Source of the DNA: Fibrobacterota bacterium
Lineage (GTDB): Bacteria; Fibrobacterota; Fibrobacteria; UBA11236
Assembly: GCA_947482115.1 (NCBI GenBank)
Contig: CANKII010000001.1
Location: forward strand, 577,840-641,839
Length of the DNA stretch: 64,000 nucleotides
Direction: 5' to 3'
The notes beneath the pieces were generated by a model. It saw only the letters and a list, made by a program, of their open reading frames with translations. It was not told where the DNA came from and ran no database searches. Below are positions 18,514 to 28,467 of the stretch, in pieces. The position numbers were made by a program, and so were the translations under genes. Each line of letters begins with the position of its first letter. The first letter of the stretch is position 1.

Positions 18514-20494
18514 GCATCCACTCCGCAGCCTTTGAGCGCATCTCCCGAATCAATTCCGAGTCTTCCAGTAAATCCACGAACCGGAGCAGCCCAAATCCAC
18601 TTTGCCGTGTCCCGTCCAGACTTCCCGCACCGCGACGTTGAAGGTCCATCTCGGCAATGCGGAAACCATCTTCGGTGGACGCAAACTCGCGCAAACGTTC
18701 TTCGGTTTCCTCCGGCCACCCGTTAAGCGGTGCCAACAGAAAGCACCAGGCTTGCGATTGACCACGACCCGTGCGACCGCGCAACTGATGCAATTGCGCC
18801 AGCCCAAATCGATCCGCACTTTCGACCACCATCAGGTTCGCTCCCGGCACATCCACACCTACTTCAATTACAGTCGTAGCCACCAACGCATGGATTTCGC
18901 CCTTGCGGAATGATGACAAAATGCGTTCACGTTCCTGTGATGGGATTCGTCCATGCACGGCTTCAACGCGCCATTTGCCAACATTTCGTAACCGTTTGAC
19001 GGCGGAATCAATTGCTGCAATGCTTTCCGTTTCGTTGTCCATTTTATTCCCCCCCTCAAGAGGGGGGGATAAAGGGGGGGTGATTCTGGGAACAACCCAA
19101 TAAACCTGATTTCCATTTTGGGTTTCCCGAAAAAGAAACTCCAGCATTTCCTTTTCTTTTTCCGCAGGAACGCGTCGGGTTTTTACCGGCAAACGCCCAG
19201 CAGGTTTTTCCGCCAACGTCAACACATCCAAATCGCCATACAATGATTGTGCCAGCGTGCGCGGAATTGGTGTAGCGGAGAGATACAACACATGCGGTTC
19301 AATACCTTTGGCGGACAATGCTGCACGTTGTTCCACACCGAAGCGATGTTGTTCATCGATCAACACCAGCCGCAATTCTTTGAACACCACGCCGGATGAC
19401 AACAGCGAATGCGTGCCGACCACGAAGGGCAAGCTCCCATCCTTCAGTTTTTCAAGAATGCGAGTCCTCTCATCTGCGGGTGTCGAAGCCGACAACAATG
19501 CGGATTCAAAACCCGCTGCTTTCAATACTGCGGCGGTGGAACGGAAATGTTGCTCCACGAGAATTTCCGTGGGTGCCAGCAACACGGCCTGCGCTCCTGC
19601 AGCCATTACACGGATCGCTGCCAGCAAGGCCACGGCTGTTTTTCCCGAACCCACATCGCCGTGCAACAGGCCAAAGAATTGGCCCTGCGTTTCCAATGCG
19701 GTGTGAATGGATTGCAACACTTCTTCCTGACCTTTGGTCAGCGAAAAAGGCAAAGCGGAATGCGCAGCTTGTTCTGTTTCGGGATGCGCAGTGAAGACCC
19801 GACCCCGGTTTAATCGTTCCCGTCGTGCAACTTCGCGCTTCAAACTTAGCGGCCACAACTCACGAACCTTTATTTCACTAAAAGCCGTAGCGACCAAGTC
19901 CAACGACGTAGGCGCATGCAGAATTTTCAACGCTTCAATTTCGGACCGCAGCTGAAGGAAATTTTTCTCGTCCGGTGAAAGCGGATCGGAAAAAGAAAAC
20001 TGCTCCAGTGTTTCCAAAGCCAGTCGCCGCACCAACTTGTGATCGATGCGAGCTTCTTCCATTTCCTCGGTCATGGGATAAACGGGGAGCATGCCGCCGC
20101 GAGGTTCCTGATCCTCGTCAAGCTCCTCCCATTCGGGATGCGCGATTTGAAAGTCGTGGAAATAGGTCACAGGCCCGGCAACAGAGATTCGCTTTCCGGG
20201 TCGCAGGCGCTGTTTGAGAAAGTGGAGGCCGCGAAAGAAAACCAGTTCAATGCCACCCGTTTCATCGCGAACATGAACGACAAGCCTTGTTCCGATGCTG
20301 TCAGCTGATTCGATATGCGCGGGGAAAAAAGCATCCATCCCCTCTTTCAGGGAATCAATGGGAGTAATGCGCGTGCGGTCTACATACCGGCGCGGCAGAT
20401 AATAAACGAGATCGCGTAATGTGAGGAGGCCTGAGGCTTCGAAAGCCTTCAGGCGTTTGGGACCAACCCCGGTTAAGCGGGATAATTCGGACAT
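18503..20494 (-). CDS. recG: ATP-dependent DNA helicase RecG
   Basis: 663 aa. Wedge/OB N-terminal region, Walker A (GDVGSGKT), DEQH box (LIDEQHRFGV) and helicase C domain. It contains an in-frame G/C homopolymer insertion. Confidence 0.85.
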   Translation of the reverse strand: MSELSRLTGVGPKRLKAFEASGLLTLRDLVYYLPRRYVDRTRITPIDSLKEGMDAFFPAHIESADSIGTRLVVHVRDETGGIELVFFRGLHFLKQRLRPGKRISVAGPVTYFHDFQIAHPEWEELDEDQEPRGGMLPVYPMTEEMEEARIDHKLVRRLALETLEQFSFSDPLSPDEKNFLQLRSEIEALKILHAPTSLDLVATAFSEIKVRELWPLSLKREVARRERLNRGRVFTAHPETEQAAHSALPFSLTKGQEEVLQSIHTALETQGQFFGLLHGDVGSGKTAVALLAAIRVMAAGAQAVLLAPTEILVEQHFRSTAAVLKAAGFESALLSASTPADERTRILEKLKDGSLPFVVGTHSLLSSGVVFKELRLVLIDEQHRFGVEQRAALSAKGIEPHVLYLSATPIPRTLAQSLYGDLDVLTLAEKPAGRLPVKTRRVPAEKEKEMLEFLFRETQNGNQVYWVVPRITPPLSPPLEGGNKMDNETESIAAIDSAVKRLRNVGKWRVEAVHGRIPSQERERILSSFRKGEIHALVATTVIEVGVDVPGANLMVVESADRFGLAQLHQLRGRTGRGQSQAWCFLLAPLNGWPEETEERLREFASTEDGFRIAEMDLQRRGAGSLDGTRQSGFGLLRFVDLLEDSELIREMRSKAAEWMHAQ
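19049..19080. repeat. Homopolymer-rich hairpin-forming tract C7-TCAAGA-G7-ATAAA-G7 inside recG
   Basis: Read directly: ccccccctc (19049..19057) is the exact reverse complement of gaggggggg (19060..19068). Encodes PPLSPPLEGG in RecG. Confidence 0.8.
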
Positions 20495-20496
20495 GG

Positions 20497-20535
20497 CCGG
20501 TAGGGGCGACCCGGCGGGTCGCCCCTACCGGCCCC
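20497..20535. repeat. REP-like GC-rich palindrome (ggccggtaggggcgaccc-ggc-gggtcgcccctaccggcc), copy 2
   Basis: Read directly: 18-bp perfect arms. It sits between the rplS stop and the recG start. It has the same core as the 13566 copy, with two compensatory arm differences. Confidence 0.75.
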
Positions 20536-20540
20536 CACGA

Positions 20541-20897
20541 TTAGGCTTCACGTTCTTTGATGCGCGAGGCCTTACCGGTCAAGTCACGCATGTAGAATAT
20601 GCGCGCACGGCGAACCTTGCCGAGGCGGCTCACCTTGATTCCCGCGATGCGCGGTGAATGCAAGGGGAAAATACGTTCGACGGCAACGTTGCTGGACATT
20701 TTACGCACCGTAAAGGTTGCGGAAACTCCGGCACCGCGACGTTGAATCACAACACCCGTGAAAGTTTGCACGCGTTCTTTGCTGCCTTCGATGACCTTGA
20801 AGTCAACGCTGATGGTATCGCCCGCGCGGAATTCCGGAATGTCGGTGCGCTGGGCGGCGTCGTTGTGGATTTTGGCTACTGTAGGATGCATGATCAA
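20541..20897 (-). CDS. rplS: 50S ribosomal protein L19
   Basis: A conserved L19 sequence; lies downstream of trmD. Confidence 0.9.
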   Translation of the reverse strand: MIMHPTVAKIHNDAAQRTDIPEFRAGDTISVDFKVIEGSKERVQTFTGVVIQRRGAGVSATFTVRKMSSNVAVERIFPLHSPRIAGIKVSRLGKVRRARIFYMRDLTGKASRIKEREA

Positions 20898-21610
20898 ATT
20901 TCCTTTTTCTTCTCTTCCGTAAGCTCTTTCTTTTCCAGCAGTTCCGGTCGATTCTTCCGAGTCAACCTGAGGCTTTCTTCAAGCCTCCAATTCCGGATGT
21001 TCTCGTGATGCCCTGATAGAAGCACTTCGGGAACAGACCGGCCTTCGAACTCCTGCGGCCTCGTATAAACCGGCCATCCCAACCGATTCGGGTCGTAGAA
21101 ACTATCCGTTTCCGCAGACTCCGAATCTCCCAAGACACCCGGTAAAAGGCGCGCCACTCCATCGATCAGGACCATGGCCGGAAGTTCGCCTCCCGATACC
21201 ACGTAATCGCCTATGCAGATTTCTTCGTCCACATAAACGTCGCTAATGCGCTGATCAATGCCTTTATAGTGGCCGCAAATGATAAGAATATTTTCGATTT
21301 CAGCCAATTCCCGCAGCCTTTCCTGCGTCAAAATACGGCCTTGGGCGCTCATTAGCAGCACCCGGGGCCGCACAGGAGCCAATTCCGTGTTTACCTCGTC
21401 TATGGCCGATTTCAGGGGTTCGGGCCGCAAAACCATGCCGGCTTCGCCGCCATACGGGGCATCATCCACCTGTCCGTGCTTGTTGATGGCATGATCGCGG
21501 AGTTGATGGGCTTTCAGAACCAGAGCCCCGGATTTTTGCGCCCGTCCCGGAATGCTGGTTTCCAGAACGTTGAACATTTCCGGAAACAAAGTGATGATGT
21601 CAATGCGCAT
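20894..21610 (-). CDS. trmD: tRNA (guanine37-N1)-methyltransferase
   Basis: [13 protein letters not shown] is a typical TrmD N-terminus; SPOUT fold; overlaps rimM and rplS. Confidence 0.9.
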   Translation of the reverse strand: MRIDIITLFPEMFNVLETSIPGRAQKSGALVLKAHQLRDHAINKHGQVDDAPYGGEAGMVLRPEPLKSAIDEVNTELAPVRPRVLLMSAQGRILTQERLRELAEIENILIICGHYKGIDQRISDVYVDEEICIGDYVVSGGELPAMVLIDGVARLLPGVLGDSESAETDSFYDPNRLGWPVYTRPQEFEGRSVPEVLLSGHHENIRNWRLEESLRLTRKNRPELLEKKELTEEKKKEI

Positions 21611-22140
21611 CAGAACAAAATTCCCCGCAGCATGGACAAGTCCAGTTCCACAATTTTGGTTTCGACGTCGATCTTTTTGACGTATTGATCATTCCACGGA
21701 ACCGGGATTTCACCATGCGATGTTTTGAGCAACAGGAATTCCTGAACTCCGGTTTCCATCACTTCCAAAACCGTTCCGACTTCTTCGCCTTTTTCATCAA
21801 TGGCTTTCATGCCGGGAAGATCGGAGAAATAAACCATACCCTTCGGCAGTTCGAGTTTTTCTTCAGGGCCCACGCACAATTCCATACCGCTTAAATGCGC
21901 TGCGGCCTCAGGCGTTTTGATATCCTCGAATTTCAAATACCAGTAGCGATCATCCGCGCGTGTTGCGCGTACGGCGAGAGTTTCAACCTCTTCCCCATGC
22001 CGCTTGCGGCAATAAACTTGCTTGAGTTGCTTATGACGATCAAAGTCAAACGTTTCGGGTTTAACCTTGATTTCACCCAGCAAACCATAGGGTTTCTGGA
22101 TCACACCGACGAGAATCAATTCATTGGAAGTTTCAGACAT
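21610..22140 (-). CDS. rimM: 16S rRNA processing protein RimM
   Basis: LILVGVIQKPYGLLGEIKVKPETFDF (RimM N-terminal domain) plus a PRC barrel; lies in the trmD operon. Confidence 0.8.
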   Translation of the reverse strand: MSETSNELILVGVIQKPYGLLGEIKVKPETFDFDRHKQLKQVYCRKRHGEEVETLAVRATRADDRYWYLKFEDIKTPEAAAHLSGMELCVGPEEKLELPKGMVYFSDLPGMKAIDEKGEEVGTVLEVMETGVQEFLLLKTSHGEIPVPWNDQYVKKIDVETKIVELDLSMLRGILF

Positions 22141-22182
22141 TCTCCAAAGTTACCCGTTCCCATCGGAGTTTTCACGTAGGAT

Positions 22183-22770
22183 TCAGGTTATTTGTTTCCT
22201 ATGCGCTTTCTCGAATAAAAACACTGCAATAAACGCCCCAATCAATGCGGTAGCCATGTCGGTTTGCGTGTCCCACACATAACCCTGCGTGCCGAGAAAA
22301 GCATCCGCTCCCTGCCCCATCCACAGCGCCGCCAGCATTTCGAGAATCTCATACAATGCGCTGATGCCGCCGCAAACAAGAACCACGACAAAGGACATCA
22401 AAACTTTGTGCCCATCCCAATAGCGAACGCGCATGAAAATTTCCCGGATGGCAATGGCCGGAATGAATCCTTGCACAAAATGACCGAGCTTGTCGTAGTT
22501 GTTTCGAGTGCCGATTCCGAGGTTCTTTACCCACTCTCCGGCAGGCACAAGTGCGTAAGTGTAATGACCTCCCACGCACAATACACCGGCGTGAACGATG
22601 ATGAGGATTTGCAACAGCGGGGAAATTTTCCCTTTTCTTCCGAGATGCCAAACCAAAGGAAGAACAAAAATGACCGGAAAAACTTCCATCAACCATGTGG
22701 CCGCATCATGAGGTGAGATACGGGTGATTGCGAGTTCCAGAACCAAAATCGCCAGGGTATAGGGATACAT
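22183..22770 (-). CDS. Polytopic membrane protein, DUF2238/YjdF-like (tentative)
   Basis: Hydrophobic ORF. The track ORF starts at 22899, but that N-terminus overlaps the divergent nitroreductase gene, so an internal start MYPYTLAILVLELAI at 22770 is proposed. Confidence 0.4.
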   Translation of the reverse strand: MYPYTLAILVLELAITRISPHDAATWLMEVFPVIFVLPLVWHLGRKGKISPLLQILIIVHAGVLCVGGHYTYALVPAGEWVKNLGIGTRNNYDKLGHFVQGFIPAIAIREIFMRVRYWDGHKVLMSFVVVLVCGGISALYEILEMLAALWMGQGADAFLGTQGYVWDTQTDMATALIGAFIAVFLFEKAHRKQIT

Positions 22771-22849
22771 ACGCAATCCTCCATCTTGAAAATCTGCCAC
22801 TTTGACGATACGTACCTTATATAGGTAACCCGAATCCGGAGCATTTTGC

Positions 22850-23440
22850 ATGGAATATCCCGTTCCCATCGAATCTTTTCGCCAGTCCGAATACCCCATC
22901 GATCCACAGTTCCTGAAACGCTGGTCTCCACGGGCGATGAACGGGGCGAAAATAGATTTGCCTGTTTTGATGTCCCTGTTTGAAGCCGCGCGCTGGGCGC
23001 CTTCCTCTTCAAATCTTCAGCCATGGAATTTTATCTATGGCATCCGAGACACTCCCGCATTCGATGGATTGTTTCAAACCTTGGGCAAGGGGAATCAGGC
23101 TTGGTGTGTGAATGCAGGTGCATTGGTGCTTGCGGTTTCAAATACCCAACAAAACGGAAAACCCAACAAAGCCCATGCTTTTGACACCGGCTCCGCATGG
23201 ATGTCGCTGGCCTTGCAGGGTTCTTTATTAAATCTTGTGGTTCATGGCATGTTGGGATTTGATTTCATCAAAGCACATGAAACGGCAGCTTTGCCTATAG
23301 GCTATGAACCGCAAGCCATGATCGCCATCGGTCATCCTGCGCCTGTGACGCAACTCCCCGAGTCCTATAGGGAACGGGAAAAACCGAGCGACCGGAAAAA
23401 GATCGAAGAGTTTGTCTTCGAAGGAAAATGGCCGGGATAA
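22850..23440 (+). CDS. Nitroreductase-family oxidoreductase
   Basis: 196 aa. RWAPSSSNLQPWNF is a typical nitroreductase FMN-binding region. Confidence 0.75.
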   Translation: MEYPVPIESFRQSEYPIDPQFLKRWSPRAMNGAKIDLPVLMSLFEAARWAPSSSNLQPWNFIYGIRDTPAFDGLFQTLGKGNQAWCVNAGALVLAVSNTQQNGKPNKAHAFDTGSAWMSLALQGSLLNLVVHGMLGFDFIKAHETAALPIGYEPQAMIAIGHPAPVTQLPESYREREKPSDRKKIEEFVFEGKWPG

Positions 23441-23500
23441 ATCTGGGCAATAAAAAAGGCTGCGTGAGCAGCCTTTTTCTTCAAACATGAAATATCGGGA

Positions 23501-24049
23501 TTAAGCTTCGGGTGCGGCTTCCGCAGGAACTTCGGCAGCAGCAACCTTCGCGGCAGCTTCGGCTTCCTTCGCAGCGGCTTTGGCAGCTTCTTCAGCAACC
23601 TTTGCAGCAGCAGCTTCCTTGGCAGCTGTTTCAGCGGCGGCCTTCGCGGCAGCAGCTTCCTTGACGGCAGCTTCAGCAGCGTTCTTGGCAGCAGTTGCCT
23701 GCTCCGCCTTCACCACCTTGTGGATCTTGACCTTCTTGCTGAGAACAGCACGAGATTTGAGAGGAGCTTCGGCGGTTGCCTTGCCCTTCGCAATCAACTG
23801 TGCTTTTTCCATGATGCCGTGACGATGGAACAAGGACTTCACTGTGTCGCTCGGACGAGCGCCGTCTTTGATCCACTTCAAGGCGCTGGCCTCGTTCACC
23901 TTCACCGCAGGCGGGTTCAGGGTCGGATCATAGTGACCGATTTGTTCGAGAAATTTTCCCGTAGCCGCAGAGCGGGAATCCGCAACTGTGATGCGGTAAA
24001 AAGGCTTGTGAGTGTGGCCCATGCGAGCCAAGCGAATAACAACTGCCAA
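23501..24049 (-). CDS. rpsP: 30S ribosomal protein S16 with a long Ala/Lys/Glu-rich C-terminal tail
   Basis: The N-terminal ~90 aa are canonical S16 (MAVVIRLARMGHTHKPFYRI). The C-terminal ~80 aa are a low-complexity AAKEAAAAKA... tail. Confidence 0.85.
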   Translation of the reverse strand: MAVVIRLARMGHTHKPFYRITVADSRSAATGKFLEQIGHYDPTLNPPAVKVNEASALKWIKDGARPSDTVKSLFHRHGIMEKAQLIAKGKATAEAPLKSRAVLSKKVKIHKVVKAEQATAAKNAAEAAVKEAAAAKAAAETAAKEAAAAKVAEEAAKAAAKEAEAAAKVAAAEVPAEAAPEA

Positions 24050-24134
24050 GAGATGGCCTCCCTTTTTGGAGGGTTAAGGGTAGAAAAACATGCGGGAAAG
24101 TCAAAGGAATTTGGCTGAAAAAAGCCAATTGCTG

Positions 24135-25490
24135 CTAAAACTTCGGCATCCCGCCCCGTTGTTGCATCATGCGTTGAAGATTCTTCATGCCCCCGGCCTT
24201 GCCCGCCATCCCGGACATTTGCTTCATCATCTTCTGCATTTGCTCAAATTGGCGCAAAATCTGGTTCACTTCCTGCAAAGAAGTCCCGCTTCCGGCGGCA
24301 ATACGGAAACGGCGACGTCCGTCGATAATTTTGGGATTGACCCGCTCTTTTTGGGTCATGGAGGTCAGAATGGCCTCCACATGCTTGAACTGGTTCTCGT
24401 CAATTTTCGCGTCCGACAACTTCCCCATGCCAGGAATCATGGACATGATGTCGGCCATGGAACCCATTTTTTTGACCTGACGCAATTGATTCAGAAAGTC
24501 ATTCAGATCGAATTTGTTCTGCTTGAATTTTTTCTCAAGTTGCTTGGCTTCATCGGCGTTGTAAACTTCCTGCGCTTTTTCCACGAGCGTGAGCACGTCG
24601 CCCATGCCGAGAATGCGCGACGCCATGCGATCCGGATGGAACAATTCCAGCGCATCGAGTTTCTCGCCCGTACCGATATAACGGATGGGTTTACCCGTCA
24701 CTGACTTGATGGAAAGCGCCGCACCACCGCGCGCATCGCCATCCATTTTGGTGAGGATGACGCCGGTGAAATCGAGTCGATCGTTGAACGACTTGGCCAC
24801 GTTCACCGCTTCCTGACCAGTCATGGCATCGGCCACGAAGAATCGCTCCGAAGGTTTCACTGCGGATTGAATGCGTTCCAGTTCCATCATCAAGGCATCA
24901 TCGATTTGGAGGCGGCCAGCCGTGTCGAAAATGACGATGTCGCATCCCGCTTCCTTTGCGGCCTTACGTCCATTCTCCGCAATCTTTACGGGATCGCCGA
25001 TGCCCTCGTCGTAAACCGGAATATCGATTTGTTTGCCCAGAACCTTGAGCTGTTCAATGGCGGCAGGACGATACACGTCGCAAGCCACCAGCATGGGTTT
25101 GCGTTTCCACTTGTCGCGCAGATTCAAAGCCAGTTTGCCACAAGCCGTGGTTTTACCCGAACCCTGCAGACCCATCATCAAGACGCCGACTGGACTCGCA
25201 CCTTGATAGCGCGGTTCTTCCCCTTCACCTCCCAGCAAAAGAGCCATTTCGTCGTGCAGGATTTTGACGATCATCTGCCCCGGTGACACGGATTGTAGGA
25301 CTTCGGCTCCGAGAGCTTTGGTCTTTACCGAGGCAATGAACTCCTTGACCGTTTGGAAATGAACGTCGGCGGCGAGCAGGGCCACGCGAATCTCGCGCAG
25401 GGACTCGGAAACGTTTTCCTCGCTGATTTTATGCTGGCCGCGCAGTTTTTTGAAAACCGCGTCCAGTTTTCCGGTAAGCTGTTCAAACAT
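24135..25490 (-). CDS. ffh: Signal recognition particle protein Ffh
   Basis: SRP54 N, G (GLQGSGKTT) and M domains with a methionine-rich C-terminus. Confidence 0.9.
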   Translation of the reverse strand: MFEQLTGKLDAVFKKLRGQHKISEENVSESLREIRVALLAADVHFQTVKEFIASVKTKALGAEVLQSVSPGQMIVKILHDEMALLLGGEGEEPRYQGASPVGVLMMGLQGSGKTTACGKLALNLRDKWKRKPMLVACDVYRPAAIEQLKVLGKQIDIPVYDEGIGDPVKIAENGRKAAKEAGCDIVIFDTAGRLQIDDALMMELERIQSAVKPSERFFVADAMTGQEAVNVAKSFNDRLDFTGVILTKMDGDARGGAALSIKSVTGKPIRYIGTGEKLDALELFHPDRMASRILGMGDVLTLVEKAQEVYNADEAKQLEKKFKQNKFDLNDFLNQLRQVKKMGSMADIMSMIPGMGKLSDAKIDENQFKHVEAILTSMTQKERVNPKIIDGRRRFRIAAGSGTSLQEVNQILRQFEQMQKMMKQMSGMAGKAGGMKNLQRMMQQRGGMPKF

Positions 25491-25540
25491 GATGGGATGA
25501 CGAAATAGAAATTACCCGGATGAAATCCGAATAACCGGTT

Positions 25541-26134
25541 TCAGGTTTTCTTCACAAACAACAGCAGCGAAAGCACCAGTAAGGCGATGGCGGCGATCCA
25601 AGAGCCCATGATTCGCAGCCCGATTTGCTGCCATTTTTTTTTACCGAGTCCTTCGCCCAATCCCGTCACACAGACAAACACAAAATAAAGGGTCACGCCA
25701 GTGCCAAGATTCAGGGCGGCTTTTGATATTACGGTTTCCCCGGCAAAATCAAGTCCCATCAGCAGGCCGGTTAAAACCGCAAACAGACCCAGACTCCAAT
25801 AGGGAACCGTCCAATTCAACAGGATTAAAAAACCGAGCAGACCCGCTCCTAGCAGTAAAAAGGTTTCGGTGGAAAACCCGATGGAAAACGTGGCCAATCC
25901 TAAACCCACCGCCAACGACGACAGAAAGGCGGCCGTCGGCATCGAGCTGTCTTTTTTCGGATGCTGACTTAAAAGAATCCCCAGAGCAATCAAGATCAGC
26001 AGATGTGGAAGCGAAACAAAGGGATGCAAAAGCCCGTTGTAAAAGTCATTCAACCCCGGCACGGGAACATGAGCCGAAGCCCATTGCGGAGTCAGCAGCA
26101 AAAGGGCAACAATGCCGAAAAGTTTTTTTCTCAT
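25541..26134 (-). CDS. HupE/UreJ-like membrane protein (possible Ni/Co transporter), paralogue 1
   Basis: 197 aa. Signal peptide, conserved His residues (ASAHVP, HPFV), multiple TM segments. Its start overlaps the end of the adjacent paralogue. Confidence 0.45.
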   Translation of the reverse strand: MRKKLFGIVALLLLTPQWASAHVPVPGLNDFYNGLLHPFVSLPHLLILIALGILLSQHPKKDSSMPTAAFLSSLAVGLGLATFSIGFSTETFLLLGAGLLGFLILLNWTVPYWSLGLFAVLTGLLMGLDFAGETVISKAALNLGTGVTLYFVFVCVTGLGEGLGKKKWQQIGLRIMGSWIAAIALLVLSLLLFVKKT

Positions 26135-26733
26135 AACACGTGCGTCAGGAATCCCAATCCGATCAGGGAAACCACTCCGCCCAAAACGCGTATCGCAATT
26201 TTTCCAGATGGAAACCGATCCAGTAATCCGAAAGCGATTCCGGACAAGTGAAGCAGTCCCGTCGCCACTACAAATCCCAAACTATACGCAAGGGGATTCG
26301 CAGCGTTGGGAAGTTCGGTGCCATGCGCGTGGCCGTGAAAAATGGCGAAGATGCCGACAAGAACCGCTGCGATCCAAATGGGAGGCTTGGCTGCTGCAGC
26401 CACCATGATTCCGAGGACAATGGCGGACAGGGCGATGCCGATTTCCACTCCCGGAAGAGGCACGCCTGCAACCCCCAAAACCCCGCCGAAAGCCATCACC
26501 AATGGAAACACGACGGGCAAAAGCCAAATCGCCGGAGCCCCTAAAAAGGCGCCCCATAAGCCCACGGAAACCATGGCGACCACATGATCCAAACCTGAAA
26601 TCGGGTGTAAAAAACCGCTCGTAAAACCACCCGCGAGGCCTTGCCCGCTATGGGCTTCAGCCAAAACCACCATGGCCAATACCATCCAGACGATTTTTTG
26701 AACCTGTTTTACAGGGCTTTTTTCCATGTCCAT
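26131..26733 (-). CDS. HupE/UreJ family membrane protein, paralogue 2
   Basis: 200 aa. HPISGLDH and HGHAHG motifs and a glycine-rich TM helix are typical of HupE/UreJ. Confidence 0.6.
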   Translation of the reverse strand: MDMEKSPVKQVQKIVWMVLAMVVLAEAHSGQGLAGGFTSGFLHPISGLDHVVAMVSVGLWGAFLGAPAIWLLPVVFPLVMAFGGVLGVAGVPLPGVEIGIALSAIVLGIMVAAAAKPPIWIAAVLVGIFAIFHGHAHGTELPNAANPLAYSLGFVVATGLLHLSGIAFGLLDRFPSGKIAIRVLGGVVSLIGLGFLTHVL

Positions 26734-26856
26734 CTTTCCAAAGCTTTCTTATTCCCAAGCTTTTTGCATCGATCCAGACGTGGAAAAAGTACAACAAAGT
26801 CCGGAGCCTTTGCTAATTTTCACCCCCTCACTTACTTCTTATCGAAAGGCCTTTCC

Positions 26857-27858
26857 ATGCTCAAGGTGTACACAAACAAGGACGGATCCGCAGCGGCCCT
26901 CAAGGGTAAAACAGTCGCCGTGATCGGTTATGGAAGCCAGGGACATGCTCAGGCCCAGAATCTGCGCGACAGCGGCGTGAAGGTCATCATTGGCCAGCGC
27001 AAGGGTTCCGCGAATTACAAACTGGCGGTGAAGCACGGCTTCAAACCCGTCAGCGCCGCCGAAGCTTCCGCCAAGGCCGATGTCATTCAAATCCTTTTGC
27101 CGGATGAAGTTCAAAAGGATGTGTATGAAAAAGAAATCAAGCCGAATCTCAAACCGGGTAAGTGCCTGATCTGGTCGCACGGTTTCAACATTCACTTCAA
27201 CATCATCAAGCCGCCGAAGGATGTCGATATCATCATGATCGCGCCCAAAGGTCCCGGTCACTTGGTGCGCAGCGAATTCCTTAAAGGTGGTGGTGTCCCC
27301 TGCCTCATCGCAATCAAGCAAAACGCCACCGGCAATGCCAAGGCCATTGCTTTGTCGCATGCACGCGGTGTGGGTGGTTTGCGCGCGGGTGCGATCGAAA
27401 CCACTTTCAAGGATGAAACTGAAACCGACTTGTTCGGCGAACAGTCCGTGCTGTGCGGCGGCCTCTCGGCACTCGTCAAGGCGGGTTTTGAAACCTTGAT
27501 CGAAGCAGGATATCCGGAAGAATTGGCTTACTTCGAATGCATGCATGAAGTCAAGCTGATTGTCGATCTGTTCTATCAGGGCGGTCTTTCCTACATGCGC
27601 TACTCCGTGTCGAACACGGCCGAGTATGGCGACATGGTCACAGGTCCCCGCATCGTCAACGCCAAGACCAAGCTGGAGATGAAAAAGGTTCTCAAGGAAA
27701 TCCAAAACGGCACCTTCGCCAAGAAGTTCCTCACGGAACTGCAGGGCGGTGGCAAAAAATTCCGCGCCTGGGAAGCCAAGGAAAAACAGCATCCGCTCGA
27801 AGTGGTCGGACGCCGTTTGCGCAAGAACATGAAGTGGATCGACTCGAAGGAGGTTTAA
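26857..27858 (+). CDS. ilvC: Ketol-acid reductoisomerase
   Basis: [41 protein letters not shown] is a canonical IlvC N-terminus. The start is at 26857 inside the longer track ORF. Confidence 0.9.
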   Translation: MLKVYTNKDGSAAALKGKTVAVIGYGSQGHAQAQNLRDSGVKVIIGQRKGSANYKLAVKHGFKPVSAAEASAKADVIQILLPDEVQKDVYEKEIKPNLKPGKCLIWSHGFNIHFNIIKPPKDVDIIMIAPKGPGHLVRSEFLKGGGVPCLIAIKQNATGNAKAIALSHARGVGGLRAGAIETTFKDETETDLFGEQSVLCGGLSALVKAGFETLIEAGYPEELAYFECMHEVKLIVDLFYQGGLSYMRYSVSNTAEYGDMVTGPRIVNAKTKLEMKKVLKEIQNGTFAKKFLTELQGGGKKFRAWEAKEKQHPLEVVGRRLRKNMKWIDSKEV

Positions 27859-27867
27859 CCTCTTTCC

Positions 27868-28464
27868 TTGAGGCTTGGGATGTTTCTCCGCGAGAAGGAA
27901 GATCGGCGCAATGCGTCGCTGCTGAACGCGGAGAACTCCCTGCTTCTGATCGTTGACTTTCAGGAAAAATTCATCGGTGCAGTTTCCGGCATGGAAGAAG
28001 TCGGGAAACGCATTGCAGTCTTGGCCAAAGCTGCCGCGCTGCTTCAAATCCCCATCATCGTTTCAGAACAGTATCCCAAAGGTCTGGGCCGCACTTTGTC
28101 AGAAATCCTGTCGGTGCTTCCGCAGGGAACCCCGGTGATTGAAAAACTTTCCTTCAGCGCGATGGATGTTCCGGAATGGGCCGAGGCGGTGCGTTCTTCC
28201 AAGCGCAATCAAATCATCCTCTGCGGAGTCGAGACTCACGTGTGCATTTTGCAAACTGCAATGGACTTGATCCAAAATTCGGATGGACAGGTTTATGTGG
28301 TGGAAGATGCTGTCGCTTCACGCAAGGTTTCCGACAAGGATGCTGCTTTGCGAAGGTTGGAAGCCAACGGCATTCAGGGTGTGACGGCGGAGATGGCCGT
28401 GTGCGAATGGCTGCGTCAGGCGGGCACGCCGAAGTTCAAAGAAATACAAGCGTTGATTAAATAG
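27868..28464 (+). CDS. Isochorismatase-family cysteine hydrolase
   Basis: LLLIVDFQEKF (catalytic Asp), a conserved Lys, and CGVETHVC (catalytic Cys). Confidence 0.65.
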   Translation: MRLGMFLREKEDRRNASLLNAENSLLLIVDFQEKFIGAVSGMEEVGKRIAVLAKAAALLQIPIIVSEQYPKGLGRTLSEILSVLPQGTPVIEKLSFSAMDVPEWAEAVRSSKRNQIILCGVETHVCILQTAMDLIQNSDGQVYVVEDAVASRKVSDKDAALRRLEANGIQGVTAEMAVCEWLRQAGTPKFKEIQALIK

Positions 28465-28467
28465 CCG

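Noticed and set aside
26839-28047. 402-aa minus-strand ORF
   Set aside because: It is antisense to ilvC and the isochorismatase-family gene, which have strong motif support. It is a long open frame produced by high GC and not a gene.
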